Assembly: GCF_000421105.1 (NCBI RefSeq)
Contig: NZ_ATWF01000001.1
Location: forward strand, 404,930-468,929
Source of the DNA: Limisalsivibrio acetivorans
GTDB lineage: Bacteria > Chrysiogenota > Deferribacteres > Deferribacterales > Geovibrionaceae
Reading direction: 5' to 3'
DNA length: 64,000 bases
Every line of letters begins with the position of its first letter. Positions within the stretch are counted from its first letter, which is position 1. The notes beneath the pieces were generated by a model. That model did not search any database. It saw nothing but the letters and a program-made list of their open reading frames with translations, and was not told where the DNA came from. Shown piece after piece: positions 39,290 to 49,597 of the stretch. The position numbers and the translations under genes were made by a program.

Positions 39290-39985
39290 GGATAATTTCC
39301 TCCCTGGAAATTATCCTGTTGTTCGGGCAAGGAAACCTTGCCCTCTCGCACTTCCGGCTTCGTCAGACCAGCAGAGCTGCTCTTCCTATCGCCTTCAGGG
39401 CTTTCCATTCATGGAAAGCTAATTGTTTCAACCCTAAATATATACCCCAAATTTGTTTTTAAGGGGTTCTTAAGGGGAACTTTTTACATAAAAATTTCCC
39501 CTTATTATATCTATGGAATTTACCACCCCTGGAAATACCATTGTTGTTCGGGCAAGGAAACCTTGCCCTCTCGCACTTCCGGCTTCGTCAGACCAGCAGA
39601 GCTGCTCTTCCTATCGCCTTCAGGGCTTTCCATTCATGGAAAGCTAATTGTTTCAACCCTAAATATATACCCCAAATTTGTTTTTAAGGGGTTTTAGGGG
39701 AACTTTTTACATAAAAATTTCCCCTTATTATATCTATGTAATTTACCATCCCTGGAAATTATCCTGTTGTTCGGGCAAGGAGACCTTGCCCTCTCGCACT
39801 TCCGGCTTCGTCAGACCAGCAGAGCTGTTCTTCCTTTCGCCTTCAGGGCTTTCCATTCATGGAAAGCTAATTGTTTCATCCTTAAATATATACCCCATTT
39901 TAATTTGGGAAATTCATTATCCTGAGAACTTCCCTGCCGCTTTGCCCAGCAAAGCCTTAGCTCCGCTTACTTGCGATCTGTAAGC
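39290..39985. repeat. Repeat cluster R3: about 224-bp unit repeated 2.6 times in tandem, built from hairpin modules, plus a terminal divergent module
   Basis: Units begin at 39302, 39527 and 39750 (ccctggaaat...); modules gggcaaggaaaccttgccc, ggctttccattcatggaaagc, aaggggaactttttacataaaaatttcccctt. Confidence 0.85.
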
Positions 39986-40174
39986 TTTTATCTGTTAGGA
40001 TATGTGTGGCAAAAGTTAATGAACCTCTCTATCAAAACACATTTTATGCATGCTATGCTGAAATGGCAGGCAATACGAGGAACAAGCGTCTCAGCCAGCT
40101 ACATAAATATAGCTGACTGAGACTATTCTAATCAACCTTTTTTAGCTAAATTCAATAATATAGAAGGATAAAGC

Positions 40175-41446
40175 TTATCCATTATACTCGTATACTACAT
40201 TACCGTTTTTGATTGTTTTTACTGCAATCCCCTTTAGGGGCTTATTCATGAAGGGCGAGTTAACGCCTTTGGAGCGGTTGAGCTCCTTGTTAAATGTGTA
40301 TTCAAGTTCAGTGTCAATAACTGTAAGATCGGCAAGCATCCCTTCTGCAACAGCACCTTTATTGTCAAGCTTGAGCAGTTTAGCGGGTGTATATGAGCAG
40401 AGTTTAGCCATTTCATTCTCAGTTATAACACCTGAACGCACAAGGTTGAGAGTCAGCGGAATGAGCGTTTGAAGTCCTGTAATACCGAAGGGAGCCAGAT
40501 CGAATTCCTGAAACTTTTCATCGATATGGTGGGGTGCGTGATCCGTTGCGATGCAGTCTATAGTGCCGTCTGCGAGGCCATCTTTCATGGCCTGAACATC
40601 CGCCTGTGTACGAAGGGGAGGGTTCATCTTAAAGTTTGTGTCATAGTTGAGGAGCTCGTTGTCTGATAGGGTGAAATGATGGGGAGTAACCTCGCAGGTT
40701 ACCTTATATCCCTGCTCTTTGGCCCACTTGATCAGCTTGAGTGAGCCCTCTGTGCTTACATGGCAGATGTGCATGTGTCCGCCGGTGAGCTTTGAGATGA
40801 GGATATCCCTTGCGATCATAATCTCCTCTGTTTCTGCCGGTATGCCTTTGAGTCCGGTTATGGTGGATACCTCACCCTCGTTGATGACACCGCCTCCGGC
40901 GAGGTGTTTGTCCTCGCTGTGGCTTAGTATCATTGCACCGAAGCCCTTGGCATACTCCATAGCCCTGCGCATAACATCTGAGTTAAGAACGGGGAGGCCG
41001 TCGTCGGAGAAGGCGCATGCTCCGGCTTCGAGCATATCGCCCATCTCAACAAGCTCTTCACCCTTCATCCCTTTTGTGACAGCACCCACGGGGAGGAGGT
41101 CTATAAGCCCCTTATTCATGGCTTTTTTCACCATGAACTCAGTGGTAACACGGTTGTCGTTTACTGGCTTTGTGTTTGCCATGGGGCACACAGTGGTGAC
41201 ACCGCCGGCAACAGCCGCTTCGGAGCCTGATTCGATATCTTCCTTGTACTCAAGACCCGGGTCACGAAAATGCACGTGCATATCTATAAGCCCCGGCATA
41301 ACGGTCTTGCCGCCAATATCAATGACCTTATCCGCTTCGGGTTCATCGGTGGTAATGCTTTTTATGATCTCATCCTCAATGAGGATGTTGGCTTCCTTTG
41401 TTTCGTTGTGGTTTACAATCCTGCAGTTTTTAAGAAGGGTCTTCAT
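40175..41446 (-). CDS. pyrC: Dihydroorotase
   Basis: 423 aa; [10 protein letters not shown] metal-binding motif; amidohydrolase fold. Confidence 0.9.
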   Translation of the reverse strand: MKTLLKNCRIVNHNETKEANILIEDEIIKSITTDEPEADKVIDIGGKTVMPGLIDMHVHFRDPGLEYKEDIESGSEAAVAGGVTTVCPMANTKPVNDNRVTTEFMVKKAMNKGLIDLLPVGAVTKGMKGEELVEMGDMLEAGACAFSDDGLPVLNSDVMRRAMEYAKGFGAMILSHSEDKHLAGGGVINEGEVSTITGLKGIPAETEEIMIARDILISKLTGGHMHICHVSTEGSLKLIKWAKEQGYKVTCEVTPHHFTLSDNELLNYDTNFKMNPPLRTQADVQAMKDGLADGTIDCIATDHAPHHIDEKFQEFDLAPFGITGLQTLIPLTLNLVRSGVITENEMAKLCSYTPAKLLKLDNKGAVAEGMLADLTVIDTELEYTFNKELNRSKGVNSPFMNKPLKGIAVKTIKNGNVVYEYNG

Positions 41447-42386
41447 TGTTATCTCCTTTCTTTATTCCGAGAAGGTAAAGAGCCGCCATACGGACAGCTA
41501 CGCCGTTTTCAACCTGGGGGAGTATCACCGAATTTGTGTAGTCCGCAATCTCGCTTGAAAGCTCCACACCTCTGTTTATTGGTCCTGGGTGCATGATTAT
41601 GGCATCCTTGGCGGCCATGTTGTAGCGCTTCATGTTAAGGCCGTAGAACTTCGCATACTCTCTTACTGAAGGGAGGAGAAGCTTGCCCATCCGCTCCCTC
41701 TGGATACGGAGCATCATGATAACATCCGCACCCTCAACGGCCTCCTCCATACTGCTGCACATATGGCATGCGAAGGGATCCGTATTTACTGGCAGCATTG
41801 TTCCGGGTCCGAAGAGCCTGAGATCCACACCGAGCTTCTTCATCGCCCATATGTTAGAACGTGCCACACGGCTGTGGGTGATGTCGCCGATAATTGCTAC
41901 CCTAAGACCGCTCAAGTCACCCTTGTGCTGGCGTATGGTGAGCATATCAAGCAGAGACTGGGTAGGGTGTTCATTAAGGCCGTCACCCGCATTTATAACT
42001 GACGCTTCAGTATTTTCTGCAATAAACCTGATAGAGCCGCTGTAGGCGTGACGCACAACGAAGACATCGGTTTTCATCGATTCAATATTCCTAACGGTGT
42101 CTATGAGTGTCTCACCCTTTGCAGTGGAGCTTGCAGAGGCGGAGAAGTTGATTGTATCAGCACCGAGACGCTTTCCGGCTATCTCGAAGGAGGTTCTGGT
42201 TCTGGTTGAGTTTTCGAAAAAGAGGTTTACAACGGTTCGCCCTTTGAGTGTGGGTACTTTCTTAACGCTTCTTTCGTTGATTTCACGGAACTTGTCCGCA
42301 GTGTCGAGGAGGTATGTAATCTCCTCGGGGGTAAGGTCTTTCATCCCTATAAGGTCTTTCCTTTTGAATGACATTCGCTTCTCCAT
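41430..42386 (-). CDS. pyrB: Aspartate carbamoyltransferase catalytic subunit
   Basis: 318 aa; STRTR and HPTQ motifs. Confidence 0.95.
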   Translation of the reverse strand: MEKRMSFKRKDLIGMKDLTPEEITYLLDTADKFREINERSVKKVPTLKGRTVVNLFFENSTRTRTSFEIAGKRLGADTINFSASASSTAKGETLIDTVRNIESMKTDVFVVRHAYSGSIRFIAENTEASVINAGDGLNEHPTQSLLDMLTIRQHKGDLSGLRVAIIGDITHSRVARSNIWAMKKLGVDLRLFGPGTMLPVNTDPFACHMCSSMEEAVEGADVIMMLRIQRERMGKLLLPSVREYAKFYGLNMKRYNMAAKDAIIMHPGPINRGVELSSEIADYTNSVILPQVENGVAVRMAALYLLGIKKGDNNEDPS

Positions 42387-42934
42387 TACTGGTCTTTTTT
42401 CATTATGGAAACCGAATCTATACCGTCCGATTCCTTAAATTGCACGTTCACTTTTTCTTCCAGGGAGGTGGGCACAAGTTTGCCAGTGAAATCCGGCTGT
42501 ATGGGAAGTTCTCTGTGTCCTCTGTCGATAAGCGCAACGAAGGATATCTTGTCCGGCCTGCCCATGTCTGTAAGGGCATCCAGAGCAGCACGAACCGTTC
42601 TGCCGGTAAAGATAACATCGTCCACAAGCACAACGTGCTTCTTGGCGATATTGAACTCAATCTCAGTTCCGTGGATAACAGGATGTTCCGCAATCTGCGT
42701 AAGGTCGTCTCTGTAGAGTGTTATACAGAGGTAGCCTATGGCAATATCCCTTCCTGTGTGTTTCTTTATCTCTTCTTTGAGTCTGTCTGCAAGGGTAGCA
42801 CCCCCCCGCTTAATGCCGACAATTGTCAGCTCTCGGGTGTTTTGATTCTGGTCTGCTTCCAGAATTTGAAACACCAGCCGGGTTATCATGCTTGATATTT
42901 CATCGCTATTCAGGATCTCTTTTGCTTGTGCCAT
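42386..42934 (-). CDS. pyrR: Bifunctional pyr operon regulator / uracil phosphoribosyltransferase PyrR
   Basis: 182 aa; PRTase motif [13 protein letters not shown]; RBS AGGAGG upstream. Confidence 0.9.
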   Translation of the reverse strand: MAQAKEILNSDEISSMITRLVFQILEADQNQNTRELTIVGIKRGGATLADRLKEEIKKHTGRDIAIGYLCITLYRDDLTQIAEHPVIHGTEIEFNIAKKHVVLVDDVIFTGRTVRAALDALTDMGRPDKISFVALIDRGHRELPIQPDFTGKLVPTSLEEKVNVQFKESDGIDSVSIMKKDQ

Positions 42935-42954
42935 GTACCGTTGCCTCCTATGTT

Positions 42955-43415
42955 TTTTATGGAATTTATCATCCCTGGAAATTCCATTGTTGTTCGGGCA
43001 AGGAAGACCTTGCCCTCTCGCACTTCCGGCTTCGTGAATTGAGAATAGCTCAATTCAGCTTCGCCTTCAGGGCTGTCTTTATTATATCTATGGAATTTAC
43101 CATCCCTGGAAATTCCATTGTTGTTCGGGCAAGGAGACCTTGCCCTCTCGCACTTCCGGCTTCGTGAATTGAGAATAGCTCAATTCAGCTTCGCCTTCAG
43201 GGCTCCCATCCATGGGAGCCTGTATCATACAAACTTAATATCTTCTCACAACTCACAAGATGAGTTTTTGAGGGGTGGTTAAGGGGTGGTTTGTTCCCTA
43301 AAAAGCACCCCTTAATTTATCTATAGAATTTACCATCCATAGAAAGCTTATTGTTTCAACCTTAAATATTTGGGAAATCCATCATCCTGGGAAGTTCCTT
43401 GCTGCTTTGTTATGG
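42955..43415. repeat. Repeat cluster R4: two about 130-bp tandem units plus additional hairpin modules, located in the pyrR 5' leader
   Basis: ccctggaaattccattgttgttcgggcaagga at 42973 and 43103; inner palindrome gaattgagaatagctcaattc replaces the R3 inner module. Confidence 0.85.
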
Positions 43416-43465
43416 TGAAGTCTGTTCTATTACATTTATTTAACAAGCATAGTTATGGCAAAAAA

Positions 43466-43510
43466 AAAGCCCTCCGTCCCCGGATCATCGGGGCGAAAGG
43501 CTTATCCTTT
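43466..43510 (-). terminator. Orphan intrinsic terminator-like hairpin (minus strand) upstream of pyrR, with no minus-strand gene to terminate: possible leader attenuator
   Basis: aagcc ctccgt ccccg gatcat cgggg cgaaa ggctt with T9 on the minus strand; sigma70-like TTGACA-17-ATAAAC at about 43560-43595 on the minus strand. Confidence 0.45.
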
Positions 43511-43691
43511 ACGCAATTTATTTCTTAGTTTCTTCTTTAATCTGTAATGCATCTGTTCACCTTAAAGAGTTTATCTTTTCTGGTTTGATAATGTCAATAA
43601 ATAACGTTGAAGAAACTTCAATTTTTTAATAATATGTCGAGTTATGAATTATTCCGGCTTTGCCGGTTCTAAATGTATAAACCATGGGGGA

Positions 43692-44093
43692 TTTATGTTA
43701 AGCAGAATACGTATTGCTTTTCTCGTTCTAACGGTATCACTCCTTGCATACGGCTGTGTTCCCGCAGTATTTCTTCTTGGGGCGGGTGCTGCTGGAACAA
43801 CTTACAGTGTAACCACCGATTCCATTACCGACACAGTAAACATTTCAAGGGAGCGTTCCTTCGAGGTAATGGTGGATGTCATTAAGAACGATAAAGGGAT
43901 CATCCTTGAGAGCAGCATTGCAGAAGGGCGTATATATGCCGAGATGCTTGGTTCCGAGGTGATTGTTACTTTTGAAAATATCGGAGAAGGGAGTACAAAG
44001 ATCAAGATAAGGGCGAGGAAGACGCTCAACCTGATGCCTGACAAAGAGACTGCCACCCGTGTATATAAGAGTTTCATCCAGGAAGTTAGATGA
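43692..44093 (+). CDS. Small lipoprotein of unknown function (ORF track start 43644; lipoprotein signal MLSRIRIAFLVLTVSLLAYGC starts at 43692)
   Basis: Canonical lipobox LAYGC. Confidence 0.6.
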   Translation, partial: FMLSRIRIAFLVLTVSLLAYGCVPAVFLLGAGAAGTTYSVTTDSITDTVNISRERSFEVMVDVIKNDKGIILESSIAEGRIYAEMLGSEVIVTFENIGEGSTKIKIRARKTLNLMPDKETATRVYKSFIQEVR

Positions 44094-44539
44094 TAAGAAA
44101 GGCAAGACTGGGTGATGCGAGAAACATCCAGAAGCTTATAAACAGTTATGCAGAAGCGGGGGAGATGCTCCCCGTTAGCCTGAGCGAAATAATTGAGAGG
44201 ATCCTTGAGTTTGTAGTGTACGATGAAAAGGATGAGATCCTCGGATGCTGTGCTATCCATCCATCGTGGGAGGATTTGGCAGAGATACGTTCCGTTGCTG
44301 TTAAACGGGGATGTATCAAGAAAGGGATCGGTCGTCTGATGGTTGAGGAATGCCTGAGTGTAGCCAGTGAGTTAGGAGTTAAGACCGTCTTTCTGCTCAC
44401 CTACCAGCCGGGGTTTTTTGAGAAGTTCGGCTTTGAGGTTGTGGAGAAGGACACACTCCCCAGAAAGATCTGGTCGGATTGTCTCAAGTGCACCAAGTTC
44501 CCCGATTGTGACGAGATAGCTATGTCCATGGAGATTTAA
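44090..44539 (+). CDS. GNAT family N-acetyltransferase (N-acetylglutamate synthase-like)
   Basis: 149 aa; KKGIGRLM acetyl-CoA site. Confidence 0.75.
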   Translation: MIRKARLGDARNIQKLINSYAEAGEMLPVSLSEIIERILEFVVYDEKDEILGCCAIHPSWEDLAEIRSVAVKRGCIKKGIGRLMVEECLSVASELGVKTVFLLTYQPGFFEKFGFEVVEKDTLPRKIWSDCLKCTKFPDCDEIAMSMEI

Positions 44540-45837
44540 TGACAGATCTTATAGATATAATAAGCAAATACGAGAATAACTTCGATTATATAGAAGCCGT
44601 TGTCAGAACCTCTAAAGGTGGCTCGGCGGATGTCAGGGAAGGGGAGCTTGAAGAGGCTTCCTTTTTCGATTCAAAAAGTGCAGGCATACGTGTTTTCAAA
44701 GATAACAAAGCGCTTTACTACTCTTACTCCGGGAGTGATAGCGGAGGTCTTGAGGATTTTCTTAACAGTGCAGAAGCCCTGTTTTCCTCTGTGGAAGAGG
44801 ATGAGAACACCGCTGTACCCTCATTTGACGAAAACACGGCGGAGAGTGAGGACCCTGCTCCGGTGTTAAAGCCTGAAACCCTTATGAAAAAGGCCTTCGA
44901 GATCGAAAAGAGCGCTCTTGAATACAGCACAGAGGTATCAGCCGTTAAGGAGGCTGGCTTTAGCGAGGGTGTTTCAAAGACCGAAATAATAGCTTCAGGT
45001 AATCGCTATAAGTCATATACAAGAAAGCTATTCTCAACATCGGTCTATCTTTTGGCAGGTGACGATGGTGAGAACCAGGACGGTTTCGACAGCGCATATT
45101 CTACCGATGCAAGTGGAGACTGGCACACAGTGACCGGCAAACGTGCTGCGGAGCTTGCCGTTTCCCTTATGGGTGGCAGACCTCTGGATTCCGGAGAATA
45201 CACCGTTGTTTTTGAGTCCTCCGTTGCGGCTCAGTTCATAGAGCTCATAGCAGAGATGCTCGATGGAGAAAACATATATAAAAAAACCAGCCTGATGTGC
45301 GACAAGCTCGGCACAAAAACGGCATCGGATAAGCTCACAATTATAGATGACCCCCTCAGAGAGGAGGGAGCGGGATACAGACCCTTCGATGACGAGGGAA
45401 CACCCTCCTGTATAACGCCGCTTATATCCGAAGGTATCCTTTCCAGCTACCTGCACAACAGCTACACAGCGAGGGCGCTGGATATGGATAACACCGGCCA
45501 CGCTTCCGGAGGCAAAGGGCGTATGGGGATATCACCATCAAACCTCATCGTTATCCCCACTGCTATGGAGCGTCCGAAGGAATATATCCTTATCACCGAT
45601 GTGATGGGTATGCACACTGCGGATCCTGTCAGCGGTGATTTTTCTCTTGGGATATCTGGTGTGGTCTATGAGAACGGCGAAAGAACGAAGGCGTTCAGGG
45701 AGTCTGCAATGGCGGGTAATCTTGGTGAGCTCCTTGAATCGGTCGAAGAAATTTACGATAATGCCAGGTTCCACGGACGTGTATTCACAGGGGATATCCT
45801 GTTCGGCAGGATGTCTGTGAGCGGTAATCAGGAGTAG
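44539..45837 (+). CDS. TldD/PmbA family metalloprotease
   Basis: 432 aa; conserved C-terminal GxC/HG region of the PmbA_TldD family. Confidence 0.85.
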   Translation: MTDLIDIISKYENNFDYIEAVVRTSKGGSADVREGELEEASFFDSKSAGIRVFKDNKALYYSYSGSDSGGLEDFLNSAEALFSSVEEDENTAVPSFDENTAESEDPAPVLKPETLMKKAFEIEKSALEYSTEVSAVKEAGFSEGVSKTEIIASGNRYKSYTRKLFSTSVYLLAGDDGENQDGFDSAYSTDASGDWHTVTGKRAAELAVSLMGGRPLDSGEYTVVFESSVAAQFIELIAEMLDGENIYKKTSLMCDKLGTKTASDKLTIIDDPLREEGAGYRPFDDEGTPSCITPLISEGILSSYLHNSYTARALDMDNTGHASGGKGRMGISPSNLIVIPTAMERPKEYILITDVMGMHTADPVSGDFSLGISGVVYENGERTKAFRESAMAGNLGELLESVEEIYDNARFHGRVFTGDILFGRMSVSGNQE

Positions 45838-45839
45838 AA

Positions 45840-46958
45840 ATGACGATAGAAGAAGCACAATCAACTTTCAGCAGCATTCAGGAACGTGTGGAAGGGTTCC
45901 GCAACGTTGTTAATGAGGACGAGAAAAGAGGGCGTATCGAAGAGATCGACAAGCTCTCCATGGAGGATCCGGAGTTCTGGTCGAAGAAAGAGTCTAAGGT
46001 ATACATGAAGGAACAGGCGGCGCTTAAGCGGTTTATGTCGGACTGGGATGCCCTTATGGAGAAGATAGGGGATACCGAGGTTCTCTTCGAGATGGTTGAG
46101 GAGGACGAGTCAATGAAGAATGAGCTCCTCAGCAATGTTGAAGAGCTTGAGAAAGAGGTTCAGAGTTTTGAGCTCAAGCTTATCCTTAATGACCAGCATG
46201 ATTCCAACAGTGCAATCCTCACCATAAACGCAGGCGCTGGCGGAACGGAGTCCAACGACTGGGCACAGATGCTCTACCGTATGTTCACCCGCTATGCTGA
46301 GATCACGGGCTTTAAGTACGAGATTATGGACTATGTCGAGGGTGAAGAGGCGGGGATCAAGTCCGCAACGATAAACGTCATCGGTCCCTACGCTTTTGGT
46401 TATCTCAAAGGTGAGATCGGTGTCCACAGGCTTGTGCGTGTTTCACCTTTTGATTCACAGAACAGAAGGCACACCTCCTTCGCAGCTGTTTTTGTACTCC
46501 CTGAAATTGATGATGATATTGAGATCGAGATTAACGAATCCGACCTTGAGATAGACACATACAGGGCAAGCGGTGCCGGCGGCCAGCACGTTAACACAAC
46601 CGATTCCGCCGTTCGCATAACCCACGCACCTACCGGCATCGTTGTTACATGCCAGAACGAGCGGAGCCAGCATAAAAACAAAGCCCATGCCATGAAGCTC
46701 CTTAAGGCTAAACTCTATGAACATGAGCTTGAAAAGCGTAATGAGGAGAAGGAGAAGCTGGAAAGCTCCAAGACGGAGATAGGGTGGGGGAACCAGATCC
46801 GTTCCTACGTTATGCACCCCTATAAGATGGTTAAGGACCTTCGTACCAAACACGAAACGGGGAATGTAGATTCGGTTATGGACGGCAACCTTGACCCCTT
46901 TATCAGGGCATACCTACTCCATTCCGCAGGTATTGACAGTGACTCAGAAAAAGATTGA
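45840..46958 (+). CDS. prfB: Peptide chain release factor 2, encoded in a single frame (no programmed +1 frameshift)
   Basis: 372 aa; SPF tripeptide (RVSPFDS) and GGQ motif; continuous ORF from ATG through the region where the E. coli frameshift site would be. Confidence 0.9.
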   Translation: MTIEEAQSTFSSIQERVEGFRNVVNEDEKRGRIEEIDKLSMEDPEFWSKKESKVYMKEQAALKRFMSDWDALMEKIGDTEVLFEMVEEDESMKNELLSNVEELEKEVQSFELKLILNDQHDSNSAILTINAGAGGTESNDWAQMLYRMFTRYAEITGFKYEIMDYVEGEEAGIKSATINVIGPYAFGYLKGEIGVHRLVRVSPFDSQNRRHTSFAAVFVLPEIDDDIEIEINESDLEIDTYRASGAGGQHVNTTDSAVRITHAPTGIVVTCQNERSQHKNKAHAMKLLKAKLYEHELEKRNEEKEKLESSKTEIGWGNQIRSYVMHPYKMVKDLRTKHETGNVDSVMDGNLDPFIRAYLLHSAGIDSDSEKD

Positions 46959-48030
46959 GGCGCTAAGACCCACTTACGCACAGATAGATCTAAGAGCCTT
47001 CGCCCATAATATTGAGAAGGCCAGGGAAATCGCCGGTACGGATATTATCGCCGTTGTAAAGGCGGACGGTTACGGCCATGGTGCACTGCGCATGGCGGAG
47101 TATGCCTTCAAGGAGTGCGGGGTGAACCGCTTCGGCGTTGCCACCATCCTTGAGGGGATGATCCTCCGTGAGCATCTGGGCGAGAAGCCGATGATATTCG
47201 TGCTGGGGTATGTGGATTCCAACTTCTACGATGAGGTTACGGAGTTCAACCTTATACTCACCATGTTTGACAAAGAAATAGCCGATTCCTACCATTCATG
47301 GCTCGAGGAGAACAACCTCAAGGCGGATGTCTCCCTGAAGATCGATACAGGGATGAACAGGCTCGGTTTTGAGCCGGACCTCACCATGTACGATTTCACA
47401 ACGGCATGGCCCCGTTTACGTGTCTGCCATGTTATGACACACCTCTCCAGCTCCGACACTGACAGGGAGTACACCAGACACCAGATACAGCTCTTTGACA
47501 GCTTTGTGGAGAAAAACCGTATACGTGTGCACACCAGTGTTATGAACTCCGCAGGCCTTGCCGGATATGAGAATACACACTCCCTTGTGCGCCCCGGACT
47601 ATTTCTGTACGGCTATCTGTATGGGGAAAACCGGATTGACCTTCACAAGGTGATGAAGATATACTCTAAGGTAGTACACATAAAAACCCTCAGAAAGGGT
47701 GAAACCACCAGCTACAACAGAACCTTCACCGCCGAGCGTGATATGACCATAGGTGTTGTTCCTGTGGGGTATGCGGACGGCTACCGCAGGTGCTTCTCCA
47801 ACAATATGGAGATGCTGGTTAACGGTGTCTACTGCCCCGTCGTGGGTACGGTGTGTATGGATATGACGATGATCGATCTCAGAGGTGTCGATCTGAACGG
47901 AGCGTATCCGCAGGTTGAAGTGCTTGGTGAGAATATCTCGGCAAACTATTGGGCTGAAAAGGCTGATACTATATCATATGAAATTCTTTGCGGGATCTCT
48001 GACAGGATCCCCCGCATATATTCCGATTGA
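46891..48030 (+). CDS. alr: Alanine racemase (start likely downstream of 46891, e.g. TTG/GTG near 46931-46937)
   Basis: PLP-binding VVKADGYGHG motif; C-terminal beta domain. Confidence 0.85.
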   Translation: MTPLSGHTYSIPQVLTVTQKKIEALRPTYAQIDLRAFAHNIEKAREIAGTDIIAVVKADGYGHGALRMAEYAFKECGVNRFGVATILEGMILREHLGEKPMIFVLGYVDSNFYDEVTEFNLILTMFDKEIADSYHSWLEENNLKADVSLKIDTGMNRLGFEPDLTMYDFTTAWPRLRVCHVMTHLSSSDTDREYTRHQIQLFDSFVEKNRIRVHTSVMNSAGLAGYENTHSLVRPGLFLYGYLYGENRIDLHKVMKIYSKVVHIKTLRKGETTSYNRTFTAERDMTIGVVPVGYADGYRRCFSNNMEMLVNGVYCPVVGTVCMDMTMIDLRGVDLNGAYPQVEVLGENISANYWAEKADTISYEILCGISDRIPRIYSD

Positions 48031-48824
48031 ACAGGAGCCCCTTTGAAATGAACTCTCTCCTCGCTTTTATAGGAAAACCGATCCTCTCCTTCATGCGCTT
48101 TAATGGAGAGATCGCTCTGTATTTCCTGGAGACACTGCGCTGGACCTTCCGTCCTCCGTTCAGGATGCGTTTATTCCTCAAGCAGATAGAGTTCATCGGT
48201 GTAAACTCCCTCCCTGTGGTCATACTTACGGGAAGCTTTACGGGGATGGTTTTTGCATTCCAGAGCTATATCGGCTTCAATAAATTCGGTGCAGAATACC
48301 TTGTCGGTGTGGTTGTTGCACTGGGCATGGCAAGGGAGCTGGGGCCTGTGCTTTCTGCGATTATGGTCGCTGCAAGGGCCGGCTCGGCCATAACAGCGGA
48401 GATAGGTACCATGGTTGTCACCGAACAGGTGGACGCCCTGCGTTCCATGGCGGTGGATCCGGTTCAGTATCTCTTTGTACCCCGCATCCTGGCGGGTCTT
48501 TTCGTTATGCCCCTCCTTAATGCAGTGGCTGTTCTGTGCGGTATTATAGGGGGCTACTTCGTTTCTGTGAGGCTTCTGGGTGTTAACGAAACCCTTTATC
48601 TGGATAATATGTACCGGCTTGTGGAGCTTAGCGACTTTCTTAACGGAATGGTCAAATCCTTCGTTTTCGGAGGCGTTGTAACGCTTGTTGGGTGCTATAA
48701 AGGCTATACCACCACAGGCGGCGCAGAGGGAGTGGGGCGGGCCACCACCAGCTCTGTGGTTCTCTCATGTGTCCTTATACTTGTCTTCGACTATATACTT
48801 ACAGCGTTCATGTTCAGAGGCTGA
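48027..48824 (+). CDS. mlaE: Mla/Ttg2 ABC transporter permease
   Basis: 265 aa; MlaE family polytopic permease. Confidence 0.85.
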   Translation: MNRSPFEMNSLLAFIGKPILSFMRFNGEIALYFLETLRWTFRPPFRMRLFLKQIEFIGVNSLPVVILTGSFTGMVFAFQSYIGFNKFGAEYLVGVVVALGMARELGPVLSAIMVAARAGSAITAEIGTMVVTEQVDALRSMAVDPVQYLFVPRILAGLFVMPLLNAVAVLCGIIGGYFVSVRLLGVNETLYLDNMYRLVELSDFLNGMVKSFVFGGVVTLVGCYKGYTTTGGAEGVGRATTSSVVLSCVLILVFDYILTAFMFRG

Positions 48825-49582
48825 TGATGGAAAAGGCTATCGAGCTCATAGATGTGCATAAAAGTTTTGGAAAACATGTAATACATCAGGGGATAGACCT
48901 TGATATAATCAAGGGTGGGATAACCTGCATAATCGGCCCCTCAGGTACCGGTAAAAGTGTCCTCCTTAAGCAGATGAGCGGTCTACTCCCCCCGTCGAAG
49001 GGTGAGATAAAGGTGGACGGCAAAAGTATTGTGGGTTTGAAAGGCGATAAGCTCATGAGTATTCGGAAGAAATTCGGCATCCTCTTCCAGAATGCAGCAC
49101 TCTTCGACTCTATGACAGTGATGCAGAATGTGGCGTTTCCCTTGAATGAACATTCGAAGAAGTCTAAGAAGGAGATCGAGGAGATCGTCATCGACAAGCT
49201 TCACCTGGTGGGGCTTAAGGATGTTGAGGATAAACTCCCCTCCGAACTTTCCGGCGGTATGCGAAAGAGGGTGGGGCTGGCCAGAGCGATAGCACTGGAG
49301 CCCGATATCATCCTCTACGATGAACCGACCACAGGGCTTGATCCAATCATGACCGATGTGGTGGACAGCCTCATCTTCGATACGCAGAAGAAACTGGGGA
49401 AAACCTCTGTGGTTGTTTCCCACGATATAGAAAGCACCCTCAAGATAGCGGATCATATCGCTATGCTTTACGAGGGGCGGGTTATACATTTCGGAACCCC
49501 CGAGGATTTCGAAAGAACGGACAATCCATACGTAAGGCAGTTCTTCTCCGCATCCAGAGAAGGGCCCATAGACGTAATCTGA
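48824..49582 (+). CDS. mlaF: Mla ABC transporter ATP-binding protein (start ATG 48824 in TGATG overlap with mlaE)
   Basis: Walker A GPSGTGKS; LSGGMRKRV signature. Confidence 0.85.
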   Translation: MMEKAIELIDVHKSFGKHVIHQGIDLDIIKGGITCIIGPSGTGKSVLLKQMSGLLPPSKGEIKVDGKSIVGLKGDKLMSIRKKFGILFQNAALFDSMTVMQNVAFPLNEHSKKSKKEIEEIVIDKLHLVGLKDVEDKLPSELSGGMRKRVGLARAIALEPDIILYDEPTTGLDPIMTDVVDSLIFDTQKKLGKTSVVVSHDIESTLKIADHIAMLYEGRVIHFGTPEDFERTDNPYVRQFFSASREGPIDVI

Positions 49583-49597
49583 TAACGGAGTGATGCA

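Noticed and set aside
42935-43640. Canonical PyrR-binding anti-antiterminator loop (UCCAGAGAGGCU) in the pyrR leader
   Set aside because: The motif was not found on either strand. Only the terminator-like hairpin and promoter-like elements are present, so attenuation remains a hypothesis.
45840-45920. Programmed +1 frameshift site in prfB
   Set aside because: The reading frame is continuous from the ATG. No in-frame UGA or CUUUGAC-like motif was found.
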